64,000 nt of DNA from Octopus sinensis (taxonomy: Eukaryota): positions 76,818,001-76,882,000 of the forward strand of contig NC_043003.1 of the NCBI RefSeq assembly GCF_006345805.1, given 5' to 3'. Positions 39,050 through 55,495 of the stretch are shown here, one piece after another. A program made the translations under genes and the position numbers. Below the pieces are notes generated by a model. It saw nothing but the letters and a program-made list of their open reading frames with translations. It made no database searches and was not told where the DNA came from. Positions within the stretch are counted from its first letter, which is position 1. Every line of letters starts with the position of its first letter.

Positions 39050-39650
39050 TGAGATGCCTTTGTTTGGAACTGTTAATTTTTGAGTCCTTGGATTAGGAGA
39101 CGTAAACTTTATGTGGCGGTGGGGATGAGAAGGAGTCACTTTGGAGGTTACTATGTAATCCAGTACACTTGTTCCCACATCGGGTGACAGCGACAAAATT
39201 GGTCTCCATGCAAGTCTAGCTTGATGAAGAGTATTGTCAGAAAGGTAGGAAGTTTGGTGAAAGGCCGATGGAGTCAGTATAAGTCGACAATTCTATAATA
39301 GTGTGCAGAAACATAGGAATACCTGAGATGGTAAACGGGCACTTTGATGAGACCCCCAGAGTATCTGTTTGGAGGAGAATCTGGAGTAAAACCTTGGGGA
39401 CCATTTAGATTCTCATCGTCTCGACCAATGTTGAGCCGCAGAGCGTGGTTGCTTGTCCGATTCGAAACATAAATCTCTGCTCACTGCATTCACTACAATC
39501 GGTATCAGACTCCGGAGTATCGATGAACTACATACAAAAAGCGGATGCGCAAAATGTCCTTGTCTTTGCGGCAGTCGGGATGTCATACACATCTGCGACG
39601 ATGAAATGCAAGTATTTCCGTAGTTTCATTGACTCTGAGGACACACTGTA
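39050..39650 (+). mobile_element. Possible L1/Tx1-like LINE C-terminal remnant
   Basis: SVWRRIWSKTL..RRAWLLVR..ACP..LHSL in the order typical of L1-clade C-terminal regions; frameshifted. Confidence 0.35.
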
Positions 39651-39971
39651 CTAGTGATGCAGGTGTGGGTGTGTGGCTGTGTGCATGTGTTTACATACAC
39701 ACAGACACACACATACATACACACACCCACATATACAAACACTAAGTGTGAGAGATATACATACACGGAGAAAGAGTAAGAGAGAGTATGGTAAACATGT
39801 AGAAAGACGGCGAAAATTTACAAAAAATGCGTAAAAAACATAAATTTCATATACAGACGAGATGTAAAGGAACCACATCAATCATGTATTGAAGATGAAC
39901 ATATTATTAAAAAGTATGTCTATCTAACTCTGAAGATACTGAATATATGGTTGGTATAAATATTAATAATA

Positions 39972-40404
39972 GACGTAGGAGTGGCTGTGTGGTAAGTAGC
40001 TTGCTTACCAACCACATGGTTCCGGGTTCGGTCCCACTGCCTAGCACCTTGGGCAAAGTGTCTTCTACTATAGCCTCGGGCCGACCAAAGCCTTATGAGG
40101 GAATTTGGTAGACGGAAACTGAAAGAAGCCCGTCATATACATGTATATATATATTTGTGTGTGTGTGTGTGTTTGTGTGTGTTTTTGTGTGTCTGTGTGT
40201 CTGTGTTTGTCCCTCACCAACATTGCTTGACAACCGATGCTGGTGTGTTTACGTTCCCGTAACCTAGCGGTTCAGCAAAAGAGACCGATAGAATAAGTAC
40301 TAGGCTTACAAAAAATAAGTCCTGGGGTCGATTTGCTCGACTAAAGGCGATGCTCCAGCATGGCCACAGTCAAATGACTGAAAAAAGTAAAAGAGTAAAA
40401 GAGT
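39972..40404 (+). mobile_element. SINE family B, full length
   Basis: GTGGCTGTGTGGTAAG (A box)..GGGTTCGGTCCC (B box)..internal (TA)/(TG)..AAAAGAGTAAAAGAGTAA tail. Confidence 0.95.
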
Positions 40405-40419
40405 AATAGCCTTTTATAG

Positions 40420-40560
40420 TTTATATCTACCAAGTTTTACTCACGACACCATTGATCCCGTGGTTATTGTGTAATACACTTGCCTTAAGTATTCATGCAA
40501 TGCGATCGAACTTAGTACTTCGTTATTACGAAACAAACTTTTTTATCACACTGCCATATT
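40420..40560 (-). mobile_element. SINE family B head, old
   Basis: Reverse complement has AAGTTCGATCGCATTGCATG..GGCAAGTGT..GTGAGTAAAACTTGGTAGA. Confidence 0.5.
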
Positions 40561-40989
40561 TCCAGCAATTCTGCCGTCTTGAATAAATTATGCAGTATAG
40601 AATCTAAGTAATGAACTAGCACTATGTATACGAGAAACGTGTTGCTCATATATTATACACACACACACACACACACAAACACACACATACACACACACAC
40701 ACACACACTTACACATACACATGCACATACACATGCACATACACCTCCACACGCATGCATACACAGACACACACACACACACACACATACACACACACTC
40801 ACAAGTCTCCATACACTATTTATCCTGGTTGACCGAATCCTCAAGATATACTTGAAGTTAAATAGGGTGCTTACACAACAACCAGCAGAGTTAGTACGAC
40901 ATTTCAATGGCTGTACGAACACTTTAGCTTCCGGCTGAGAAACATCTCAGAAGAAATGGCAGATGCCCTGAATGACAACGAGGTCAGTT

Positions 40990-41051
40990 CAACGAACAGC
41001 ATTCTTAACCAATTTTTTCAAAAAATAATTGTTGTTGTATAAATAAAGTAA

Positions 41052-41090
<39 letters not shown>

Positions 41091-41091
41091 C

Positions 41092-41125
<34 letters not shown>

Positions 41126-41274
41126 TTGCTGTTGTTATTAGTAGTATTAGCATCATAATTATCATCATTATCATCATCATCATCATCATCATCATCTCCA
41201 TCATCATCATCTTCATCATCATCATCTTCATCACAATTACTATTATTATTATTATTACTATTATTATTATTATT

Positions 41275-41306
<32 letters not shown>

Positions 41307-41324
41307 CTTCATCACAATTATTAC

Positions 41325-41363
<39 letters not shown>

Positions 41364-41412
41364 CATTATTATTATTATTATTATCCTCATCATCATCATC
41401 ATCTTCATCACA

Positions 41413-41462
<50 letters not shown>

Positions 41463-41865
41463 TATCATCATCATCATCATCATCACCCTATGCTGTCGTT
41501 GCTATCGAGTAGTTGAAAGCGATGTTGCTATTAATGATAATGATTTCGGTTATTATATAAATGGAGTTGTTGGTGGTGGTGGTGGTAGTTAGTGATGGTG
41601 GTATATGTGGCAGTGGATTCTGCGAAGGTAACGGTAGTGGTAATAAAAGTCAATGGTGTTAGTGTTAGCAATTGTGATGATGTTACTAATCGTGGTAGTG
41701 GTGTTAGTAGAAGTGGTTGGCGTGTTAACGGTGGTAGTGATGATATTTGTATTGGTGGTGGCAATAGGGTTGATAGTAGTAGCAGTGGTAGCATTAGCAG
41801 AGTTGGCAATGGTATTAGTAGTGGTGTGGTATCCTTACTAGTGACATTATTATTATTATTATCAT

Positions 41866-41914
<49 letters not shown>

Positions 41915-42120
41915 TGTGGTAGTGGTTGTGGTTGTGGTGGTTGTGGTTTCGGTGTTAGTAGCAGTGATGACGTCAGTGTTGGTGTTTGTAGCAATGTTGT
42001 TGTCTGCGTTGGTAGTGGCTGTGGTAGTGTCGATGTTATTGGTAATGGGGGTATAGGCGTCAGTATTAGTGGTGGAATAGGTTTAGTAGTGGTTGCAGTA
42101 GTGGTATAGACGTTAGTGGT
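40990..42120. repeat. Compound (GTA)(ATC)(ATT)(GTG) trinucleotide block
   Basis: Direct reading. Confidence 0.97.
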
Positions 42121-42779
42121 TATTTTTTTTTTCCTCTGGGCTTGTTTAAGAATTTTGTTTACACTGAAGCATGTGATTTGGTTCAAGAATTATACATTTC
42201 ATTGATTGCTGCAATGAACCATTTTGATTCAAAACTATGCCAGAAGGCTTGTTCAAGAATCTCTCTGTCTCTCTCCTCTATCAATTACACGTATATACAC
42301 ACATAATTTTTACTTCAGACACACACTTTTCTCCCTAACCCATCCCCTCTTCCTTTCTATATAGCACTCACTAGTTTGTTTCCTCTTTCGCTCTTCTCCA
42401 TCACCTCTCTTTCCCGCCTTCCCTCTCTCACGCTATTTAATTGTCGTCTACAGAGAATGAATTCCTGAAACAGACATTTCTCGGGAATCTATCTCGAAAA
42501 AGTGGAACCGCACATAGATGTGTTTGGGGCGTGTAAGTTTATATGCCAGAGAGTTGAATGTATGCTAGAAACTTCATTGTGGAATATACTCTTTTTTTTT
42601 TTAAATAATGTGTCGAACGTCTGTCTATATATATATATGTAGATACATACAGAAACGTATACAAATGCACACATACACAATTTCCTACATGCGTATACGT
42701 ATATGTAGGCAAGTGTGAATACAGACACACACACACACACACATACACACCACACACACACCATAACACACACACACAC

Positions 42780-42830
<51 letters not shown>

Positions 42831-42837
42831 ATATATA

Positions 42838-42920
<83 letters not shown>

Positions 42921-43103
42921 TATGTATATAAACACACACACACCAACACACAAAAGCTGTTACTCAGAGTTTGAGTAACAGCTTTTGGTATATTTCTGCT
43001 GCTTTTAGCATAGCATATTACTCTACCTCTGGTATTTGAGTACTCTTTTTTCCACCTTGTTTCACATTTATGTGCTTACTCCGGTGTATATATATGTATA
43101 TAT

Positions 43104-43262
43104 ATGCGCACAACGCACACATACACACACACACACACGCCCACGCGCACACACGCTCACGTACACACACATTCATAAATGGATACATACATATATACTA
43201 TTTTACATATAGTCTTGAATTATTTCCCCCTTCATGTGTTATTCCACGTGTTCGCGTCCTGA

Positions 43263-43300
<38 letters not shown>

Positions 43301-43457
43301 TCAAAACGCGAACATGTGGAATAACACATGAAGGGGGAAATAATTCAAGACTATATGTAAAATAGTATATATGTATGTATGCATTTATGAATGTGTGTGT
43401 ACGTGGGCGTGTGTGCGCGTGGGCGTGTGTGTGTGTGTATGTGTGCGTTGTGCGCAT
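43104..43457. repeat. 354-bp near-perfect palindrome centred on (TA)n
   Basis: Arms mirror each other (e.g. CATATAGTCTTGAATTATTTCCCCCTTCATGTGTTATTCCAC / GTGGAATAACACATGAAGGGGGAAATAATTCAAGACTATATG). Confidence 0.95.
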
Positions 43458-44071
43458 GTGTGCATGTGGGCGCCCGCGCGCGCGTGTGTAGGTTTTTGAA
43501 CGTGTGTGTGAGTGTGTATACTTTTGAGTGCATATGTATAAAAGACGTCATTCCATATTCCTTAATTCGAAGATTTAAGTCGCTTTTCCTCAGAAAGAAT
43601 AGAAAGAGTGGTGCAGGAAATTCGATATTTTAAATATATAGGAATATTCAGATCAGAAATAGGACTTCGGTTGATTGCAATGAAATAATTGAAAATATAA
43701 AGTAACTGAAAATGATGATAAAAAAGAAAAAATATTCATAAATTACAAAACTATAAGAACAAAATAATTATCAGAATGAAATAATGAGTTAAAATTTATA
43801 AAGGTTAAAATGTGATAGAATATCATAATTTTTATTCTTTTTAAAATTCTTTTATTATATTTTTTTATATTTTCAATTACTCCTCCACGCTTTATCAATA
43901 GTTGTGTCATTGCTCAAATTTATTTATGTATTCAAAGTAACATATTCCTTGTACCACTCTTCGTGTAGTCATACGGATCGAAGACCTGAGACTTTGGGTT
44001 TGGAAATATATTGTGTTGGCTTCAACGTCATATATAATAATTATATATAATACATATATACTGCATATTTC

Positions 44072-44151
<80 letters not shown>

Positions 44152-44376
44152 GCCTCTCTCTATACATTCATAGAGAGAGGCAACAGATGAGACCAATATG
44201 GAAACACTTAGTTGGGCTTGGTACTGAGTTCTAATCCCACGGGTTAAAGGAATCTAGGTAAGCAGATTTGGAGATAATGACGTGAATAAACAAGTATGCG
44301 GGTATGTGTGTATATGTGTGTATATATGTGTGTGTATATGTGTAAACGTGTGCGCGCAATCGCGTGTCTGTGTGTG

Positions 44377-44620
44377 ATGGCGTTTGGTCTAGTGGTTAGG
44401 GTGCTGTACTCATGATCGCTTTCTCAAGGGTTCGATTCCTGCACCGAGCGAAATAGTTACACTTAGTTTTACGTTGCTCCAGTCCACTCAGTTATGAGTG
44501 GATAACCTTTTGATGAGGGAAGAAAGTTTGCCTGTTATCCCAGCCTGTGCAGTGATACCGTTCGAAAGCTAAAGCGATGCAAAGCGCATTCATACCAGCA
44601 ATCTGATAGTCAGGTTGATC
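44377..44620 (+). mobile_element. SINE family C (tRNA-derived)
   Basis: A box TGGTCTAGTGG, B box GGTTCGATTCC, then GTTGCTCCAGTCCACTCAG; a decayed antisense copy lies near 37500-37600. Confidence 0.72.
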
Positions 44621-44654
44621 ACGTGATCAACCGGTCACGTGTTATATATATAGG

Positions 44655-45048
44655 CTCAGGCGTAGCTTCCAAACCACATGGTTCCGGGTACAGTCCTATT
44701 GTGTGACACCTTGAGCAATTGGCTTCTACTATAACCCCGAGCCGACCAAAGCCTTGTGAGTGGATTTGGTAGACGAAAACTAAAAGAATCCCGTTGAATA
44801 TATGTATATATTTATGTATGTGTGTGCTTGTGTCTGTGTTTTTCCCCTCATCACCGCTTGATAACCGATGTTTGTATGTTTCCGTCCCCATAACTCAGCG
44901 GTTCGACAGAAAAGACATATAGAATAAGCATAAGCAACAGGCTTACAAACTTACAAAAATATGTCCAGGGCTCGATTTTTTCGACCAAAGGGTGGTACTA
45001 CAGCATGACCACAGTCAGATGACTGAAACGAGTAAAAGAATAAAAGAA
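44655..45048 (+). mobile_element. SINE family B, older copy
   Basis: Same head, internal SSR and tail layout as 39972-40404. Confidence 0.88.
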
Positions 45049-45051
45049 TAT

Positions 45052-47033
45052 ATATATATAATATAAATCCTGTTCTGTTTGTGTGTGTAAAAGTTTATAA
45101 CGGCCGTGTTTTTCAATTGATTTTCTCCAAACTGGGAACATATATTACTTATGTACGAGGGATGGTATTAGACTCTTACAATTTTTCACATGATATGTAA
45201 CGGATACGCCTGTGGGCAGAAAACATCCATTCCTGGGTTACGTGTTGAAGGGAGGTAAATTTTACGAAGTAACTCTCAGAAATTGTCTCCCTTACATCTA
45301 CTGGTCATTTCAAAAAATTGCTTTTTATATTAGATTCCCGTCTTTGAATATTTTAAGATATTTACTTCCGGTTTTCTAGCGTCAGTCATGTCTCTGTCCA
45401 TCTCTCTCTATCTATCTATCTATCTATCTATCTCTATCTCTCTATATCTCTCTGTCTATATCTCTCTTTCCATCTCTATTTCTATATCTATCTATCTTTC
45501 TGTATCTATCTGTCTATATCTTATCTATCTATATCTATCCTATCCATCTAACTAGTTAGCTCGCTCTCTCCTCCTCGCTCTATATCTCACTCTCTATTGT
45601 TTTCACTTTCATTTTCCAGACGCTCTTGTTTTCATTTTAAGTTCAATCGCTATTGTTTTCATAGTAAGTTTTCAATTGCTATTTACAAACAACAACGAAA
45701 AATTACTGACAGAAAGAAGTTCACAATTACGGATGAAGTAAATTCATACATAAATTATTGACAGAAGTAACCTCATGAATTTCACGTCAATCCGTACACT
45801 TCGTTAAATTTGCCTAGAATTTTTTTTTTTACTTTTGCAATGTTGTGTGTTTTTTGGTTGTTGTCAGAATTATTGATAAAGGTAAGTTCATAATTTAGTG
45901 ATAGAATTAACTTCAAAAATTTCACTTAAATCCGTACACTTAGTTAAATTCCCTAAAAAATTATATTTGCAACGTTTTTCTGTTTTTCTGTTGTTAACGG
46001 CATTTTTCTGATTGCGTCAATAAGTGACAAATTTCGCTTCAATCGGTACAATTCTTTATTTTCCGTAAAATGTTCTTCTTTCCTTTCTGCTCGTCGTATT
46101 AAGAATATAATTTCTGTTACTCTGTTATTTTCATTGTTTACTATCTCCTGCACTCGTGTATTTCTGTATACATATATAACCACGCCGAGAAGGAAGGTGT
46201 CAAATTTGTCTACAATGTCAATGTCAGCCAACAGAATGTCTCTGGCTAGGGAAGGCGAGACAGCTGCAGAAAAAGAAACATACCAAGAAACGAACAGACT
46301 GTCCACTGCAAAAGACAGAACATCTCAAAGTGATGAACAAATGTATGTACGGCTGACAAGGAATAGGATCTTCATTGCAGAACGAAGAGCAGTTGCAACA
46401 GCTAAGGGAAGCAATTTTTATGAAGCAGCTTTCAATGAGGATCCAGCAGTTCATTATGCAAATGACACTAGAGTTTCCAACTTAGTGCAGACATTGTAAA
46501 GCAAGGAAGTGACCTGGTGAGACATCTGCAGTGGTGGAAAACTTCTTGCAATCCTCCAACCTCCAGACTTATTGAAAAACCGCTATCATCAACTAACCAA
46601 GATTCCAAGCACTTCCGAAACAAAATTAGACAATACAATGCTGCACTACAGATGACATCATTTGGAGCTGCAAGAGATCTAACGGAGCCAGGATTCATGC
46701 AAACTATCAAAATCTAGGTCAGATTTATCATCGGATTGGCTCTTTTCTACCGCTTTCAAATGAATCACCAAAATCAGCCTCTCGTTGTTTGTAATCTGTA
46801 TACAAAATGTGTTTTTGTATTACCTGCACTTACTTTCTATATACATATATAAGTTTAAACTTTCTTTTAACATTTCACTTAACTTCTATGTTGCAAGCTG
46901 GCATGGGTTGGAGAGTTATTAATGTAGAAAGCTGCTATCTCAACTACTATCAGTTGAGACCTGCGTAATCTAGACGGCATTCTAAAATTTCATTCTTCTC
47001 TTTTACCCGCGTAACACCGAGTATTTCTGCTAG
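45052..47033 (+). mobile_element. Non-autonomous Helitron (internally deleted)
   Basis: Helitron-like 5' leader; RepHel N-terminal remnant; 3' end ACCCGCGTAACACCGAGTATTTCTGCTAG|T (decayed hairpin, CTAG, T target). Confidence 0.82.
46188..46770 (+). pseudogene. Helitron RepHel N-terminal remnant
   Basis: PRRKVSNL..CRHCKARK*PGET..CSGGK..SKHFRNKIRQYNAALQMTSFGA..GFMQTIKI*GQIYHRIGSFLP. Confidence 0.88.
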
Positions 47034-47043
47034 TATGTATATA

Positions 47044-47079
<36 letters not shown>

Positions 47080-47240
47080 GCGAGAGATATATACCTACGT
47101 ATATATGTATATAAATATAAGTAATTTTATTATATATGTTCATAAATATATGCCTATATAATTAGGTATACTGTCTCACACACTCAAAGAAACACTCCCA
47201 TATGCATGCGCTCACTCACAAAGACACTCTGTCCACACAC

Positions 47241-47290
<50 letters not shown>

Positions 47291-47529
47291 CTTCAATAAA
47301 ATTAGCACAGCTCACTTTTTTTTTATCGACTTGGGTTACACCGAACCATTGCTTTCCTATCAGCTATTGTCCCTTTGAAGGTATTTAATAATTTACACAT
47401 TTATCAATCGATAGTAGCTTTCTTTTTTGTTATTTAATTAACCACAAAAGCTGCCGTTAGATTTTATAGGCTAATATTTCCTCCTTCTTTATATCCGCCA
47501 TCTTACTTGGAATATTATATAATCCAATT

Positions 47530-50660
<3,131 letters not shown>

Positions 50661-51136
50661 GTGTATTTCTAACTTACGTAACTACCAGAGATATTAGATT
50701 TCCACTAAAGGTATTATTAGCTGATCTATTTCCAGCGAAGTGATGTGGTTTCTACAGTACTTAGTAGTATTAATAGTTATGATATATATATATAACAGAT
50801 ATAGGAAAAAGTATGATAGACAGAAGATAGTTTGTACATTTATTCCCTACGCACGCTTCACCATTGTGAATGCTATTTGCACCCTCTGTTCACATTGTAA
50901 TTAGATGTAAATCCACAACAGTTCTTCAGGGGAACTCGTCATTACATTATGTTGATACATAACGTATTGAACTTTTCCTTTGAAGAAATCTTGTATATTT
51001 GCATCCAGTTGCTCCATGGACTACCTATGCTATGGATGCAAATAGCAACGATTGCGGAAAGCACCTTGCAAACAAATGGCCTACACTGCATCTAGTGTTT
51101 ATCTTACATTTTCGTGTGTGTGTGTGTGTGTGTGTG

Positions 51137-51183
<47 letters not shown>

Positions 51184-51189
51184 TGTGTG

Positions 51190-51223
<34 letters not shown>

Positions 51224-51299
51224 CGTGCGTGTGTGTGTGTGCGTGTATGTGTGTGTGTATTTGTATTGCATTTTCAAGGCATTTCATGCGAAGAAATGT

Positions 51300-52900
51300 A
51301 TTGAAACTCGTATTTTGGCTGGCTCACTTTGCCAATAGGAATCACACACAATAATTCTATTTCACATTTTTTACTATTATTCTCCATCTTTTTACCCAAT
51401 TAACTAATCGTTCGATCAATCAAAGAATCGTCTCCTTTTCTCCATTCACAGATTCATCAAGGAGGTACCCACATTCCCATCTACACTTTTTACTTGCATT
51501 TCATCAAATATTTAATTACGTGACATTTTAATTGTTACTAAATTTCTTTTTAAGTTTCCGCCTTTGGGAATTCCATATGGTATATTGCTATGACAGTACG
51601 TAAACATATGTTTTAGCCCCATATATATTCACATAATATTCATCTTTCACTTCTCCACGATTCTATTCACATAATTCTCTGTAGATTTTTTTCTCTCGCA
51701 CAAGGACTTGTTTCATTAGTACACCGCTTATGCGTTTCATTTCAATCATTATATTCTCAACCAAATCAAACCTCTTTTTTCCTAATTTAATAATACTTCT
51801 GTTCTACAATTTCACATGATATTTCTCTGTTATCAACAACTTAAGTCTCTGCTTGCAAGTTTTATTTTCTTCGTTTCACAATTTATACAAATAACTTACG
51901 GTAATTACACGGCTTCCTTGAGATTTTATCGGTAATAACCATAAAATATTATTAACCAAACCACAAAATGTTATCTATTCTACAATATAGTTAGTGTATA
52001 TTTTAACGATCTTACTAAATTGATCTTAAGTTACTTAGTTCCTGTAAATGAAATAATTTCAAAAGTCACCGTCAGATAATCTCATTTGATATTCGCCGTT
52101 TTTTTATTATCTAATTTCAAAACCCTTGTATTAGCGTCGTTCAGTCGCTTAAATAGATAAATCCTACCACATTTATCTCTAACAATTTTTAGTTGATACA
52201 TATATTTCAGAATAAAGGGATAATTTTATTTATTCTTTTCCAAATACTTATCTCTTCTAGACTAATTATTTCTACTTTAACCTCTTTAAGTTTCTACACA
52301 TCATAGGCAATAGAAAGAACGTACATCTTACAAGCGATACTGTTTTTCTTTTCTGTTTTTCTTTTTCTTTTACATTTATACATTCTACTGTTAATGTGTT
52401 AATGTAATTTAAATTAGATATCTTTTCTTATAACACAGAACGTTCATATTACCCATATTATTTTAAAACAAATACTTTTAACTTTAGAATACTTTGAAAT
52501 TTTTAATTTCATTTTCCTGTTCGACCAAATAAAATTATTTCACTGATACAATAAAAAACATCTTAACAGGCACTGTGAAAAAGTTAATGACTTTCCGACT
52601 GGCAAAGGACACGCTTAAAGGTCTGTACAAAACACCCACCACGTAAAATTTTCAAATTTAATTTTAAATAATTTCTTCGGTGATTCTGTAAACAACATTC
52701 ATTCTTTTTGTACGTAGCCGAAAAATACTCCTCGACGAAAGAGCATCGAAATCGTTTTAATGGTACAGAAAGGTTCACTAATTTTCTCACGAGGGTTCGA
52801 AATATCTCATTCTTTGAACACAAGACCAAATACGCTTTTTATAGGCGCATCCCACTTTACTACTGCTGATTATTGCTATCATTTTGAACAATAGAACATG
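51300..52900 (-). mobile_element. Decayed Penelope-like RT
   Basis: AYKKRI..LCSK..FVQTF..IDNILWFG in the order of PLE RT motifs (PYKxRFI, SKC, IxTFDF, IDNIxVxFG). Confidence 0.45.
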
Positions 52901-53225
52901 TTGGATGTTACATTTTGGAGACTTCAGCAATCCAATAGAACATAAGGACCATTCATCGGTATTAATGTTATTGACGGAGAGACATAACTTAAAATTGAAA
53001 ACATGTAAGTGAATCCTAAAGAATGAGTACCAGGCTTAAAAATGTTTTAATCAAAAACCAGAAAACGGTCGCCTGAGTTCATTCATTCGGCTAAAAAGAT
53101 ATGTTACTATTTTTCAACCTCCTATTTCCATTATACGATTTCACAGATGATGATAAAACACAACACTGGTGTACAGATACAGATATAAATTTTTAAATGT
53201 GTGTATTCTAATATTGTTCGCTCTA

Positions 53226-53465
53226 AAGGCGGTGAGCTGCTAGAATCGTTGCTACGCCGGACGAAATATTTAGCAGTACCTCGCCGGACGAAATATTTAG
53301 CAGTACCTCGCTCGTCATTACAATCTGAGTTCAAATTCCGCCGAGGTTGACTTTGCATTTCATTCTTTCAGGGTCGATAATAAGTATTAGTGAAACACTA
53401 AGGTCGATGTAATCAACTGATCCCCTAACCCGAAATTGCTGCCCTTGTGGTAAAATTTGAAACAA
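53226..53465 (+). mobile_element. SINE family A with 27-bp internal tandem duplication, followed by (ATT)n
   Basis: AAGGCGGTGAGCTG head; CGCCGGACGAAATATTTAGCAGTACCT present twice. Confidence 0.9.
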
Positions 53466-53481
53466 TTATTATTATTGTTAC

Positions 53482-53532
<51 letters not shown>

Positions 53533-53554
53533 GATTATTATTATTATTATTATG

Positions 53555-53587
<33 letters not shown>

Positions 53588-54355
53588 GAGTGAGAGAGTA
53601 GTGCATGCCATCAAAGTGACACTGGGGTAAAATATACGAAGCCCAGTATACCCATCATGACTACACGTCTGATAAAGGTACACTAAGCAAATGCATCACA
53701 ACCATGTGTGCGCGACATGGTTGTTAAACAGCACATGACCTTGTAGGTGGGGCCTAGTTAGAATTTTCTTCTGGTCGAGTAGTCCATCACGCTCAAAAGG
53801 TCCCTTAATAAGGGTTCTTTAAGGATGTTGAACGAAACATCCATGTTTCCAAAGGTGAATTATTCAAACACCAAACAATTCCTCTTAACACATGGTTATT
53901 ATGCTCCCCCCACTACTGCTCGTGATCAGAGAGGCACATATCATCAGTCACTAAGAGACTTGCTCAACTGGTTATGGTCAAACAACTGGCAGGCAAATCT
54001 ATAGTATTGAGCAGAATATTTGCTGTAACCCATCTTTTATATCAAGACAAAACAATGTACATGATAACACTTCGAATCATTTAAGATCAGAAGCCACGAG
54101 AGCCACTGCCTGGTACTGCACCAGGTCATTTGATGCTATCCCACTCCTTCTGCTCGTGATAAGAGATACACATATCTTCAACCACTAAGGGACATGGTCA
54201 ACTGGTTAAGGTCAAACAACTGACAAGCAAATCTGTGGTATTGAGCAAAATATTTGCTGTAGCCCATCTTTTATACCAAGACAAATAAATGTACATGATA
54301 ACACTTCGACTCAGTTAAGATCAGAGCCACGGCCTGGTACTGCATCGGGGCATTT
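53588..54355 (-). mobile_element. Non-coding ~770-bp element embedded in (ATT)n, with ~230-bp internal tandem duplication
   Basis: Flanked on both sides by long (ATT)n; 53901-54132 and 54133-54355 are diverged direct repeats; no ORF. Strand inferred from the (AAT)n tail. Confidence 0.6.
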
Positions 54356-54368
54356 TATTATTTTATTA

Positions 54369-54486
<118 letters not shown>

Positions 54487-54497
54487 TATTATTATTA

Positions 54498-54870
54498 TGC
54501 TGGATGAAATGCTTAGCGGTATTTCGACCGTCCTCTACATTCTGAGTTCATATTCCTCGGAGGTCGACTTTACCTTACCTCCTCTAAAGGTCGATAAATT
54601 AAGTAATAGTTGAGTACTGGGGTCAATGTAATCGACCTTCTTCCTTCCCCAAATTTGAGGCCTTGTGCCTCCAATAGAAAGCCATTCTGCAGGCTCGCCG
54701 CCAGAATGGCTTGCACGCCAAGTAAAATACTTAGCGGCATTTCGTCCTTCACATTCTGAGTTGAAATTCTGCCGAAGTTAGTTTAGCTTTTCCTACTATC
54801 AGGTTCGATAAAATAAACACCAGTTGAACCCTGGGATCGTTGTAATCCACTTATCACCCAAAATTTTAAA
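54498..54870 (+). mobile_element. Two tandem SINE family A copies; the second has an inverted head
   Basis: Family A core present twice; see finding at 54679-54712. Confidence 0.85.
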
Positions 54871-55029
54871 TCCATTGCGAGCTCTATGTAAATCCCCACC
54901 CCCACTATTTTTTCTGTCGTTTTTTTTTGGCATTTCCCTCTTTGTTGTCTTCTCAACATCTTATTCCCACGGGGACCAAGAAAAGAAATAATTATTTTTT
55001 ATATTATCAATTAATTTACTGAGTTTATA

Positions 55030-55205
55030 GAGTGTCGGGTAAAATACCTTACGGTAATTATTTCTTTCTCGTTTGCAATTCAAAGAATCACCGGTGTCAT
55101 CTTTGATTTCAATCCCACCGGGATGTATAAAGTAAAGTACACGTCAAGTTCAGCTGCCCCTCCCCTCAAAAATTACCGACTTTGTACCTAAATTAGCAAT
55201 ATTTA
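55030..55205 (+). mobile_element. SINE family A, old copy
   Basis: GTGTCGGGTAAAATACCTTACGG..CCCCTCCCCTCAAAAATT..TTTGTACCTAAATTAG. Confidence 0.45.
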
Positions 55206-55299
55206 TTTTTCCTGATTACAATATAATCAATGTTTCACAACATTCTTGCTTTTTTTTTCTCATCGTCTTCCTGTTTTTTTCGTATTTTTATTCGTTTCA

Positions 55300-55464
55300 T
55301 CTATTTTACTACGTTTCTAGATTCCTTCTCTTCCTTTTCCTTAACTTCTTTTTCTCCTAATTTTCCACCTTCTTCTTCTTCTTCCTCCTCCTCCTCCTCT
55401 TCTTCGTCTTCTTCTTCTTCTTCTTGTCTTATTATTATTATTATTATTGTTGTTGTTGTTGTTG

Positions 55465-55495
<31 letters not shown>

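Noticed and set aside
44170-44215. CAGATGAGACCAATATGGAAACACTTAGTT
   Set aside because: U4A change, helix II truncated and helix I unpaired.
44377-44450. tRNA gene (also 11649-11720 and 39972-40045)
   Set aside because: A and B boxes are present but there is no complete cloverleaf or acceptor stem, and the sequence continues into a SINE body.
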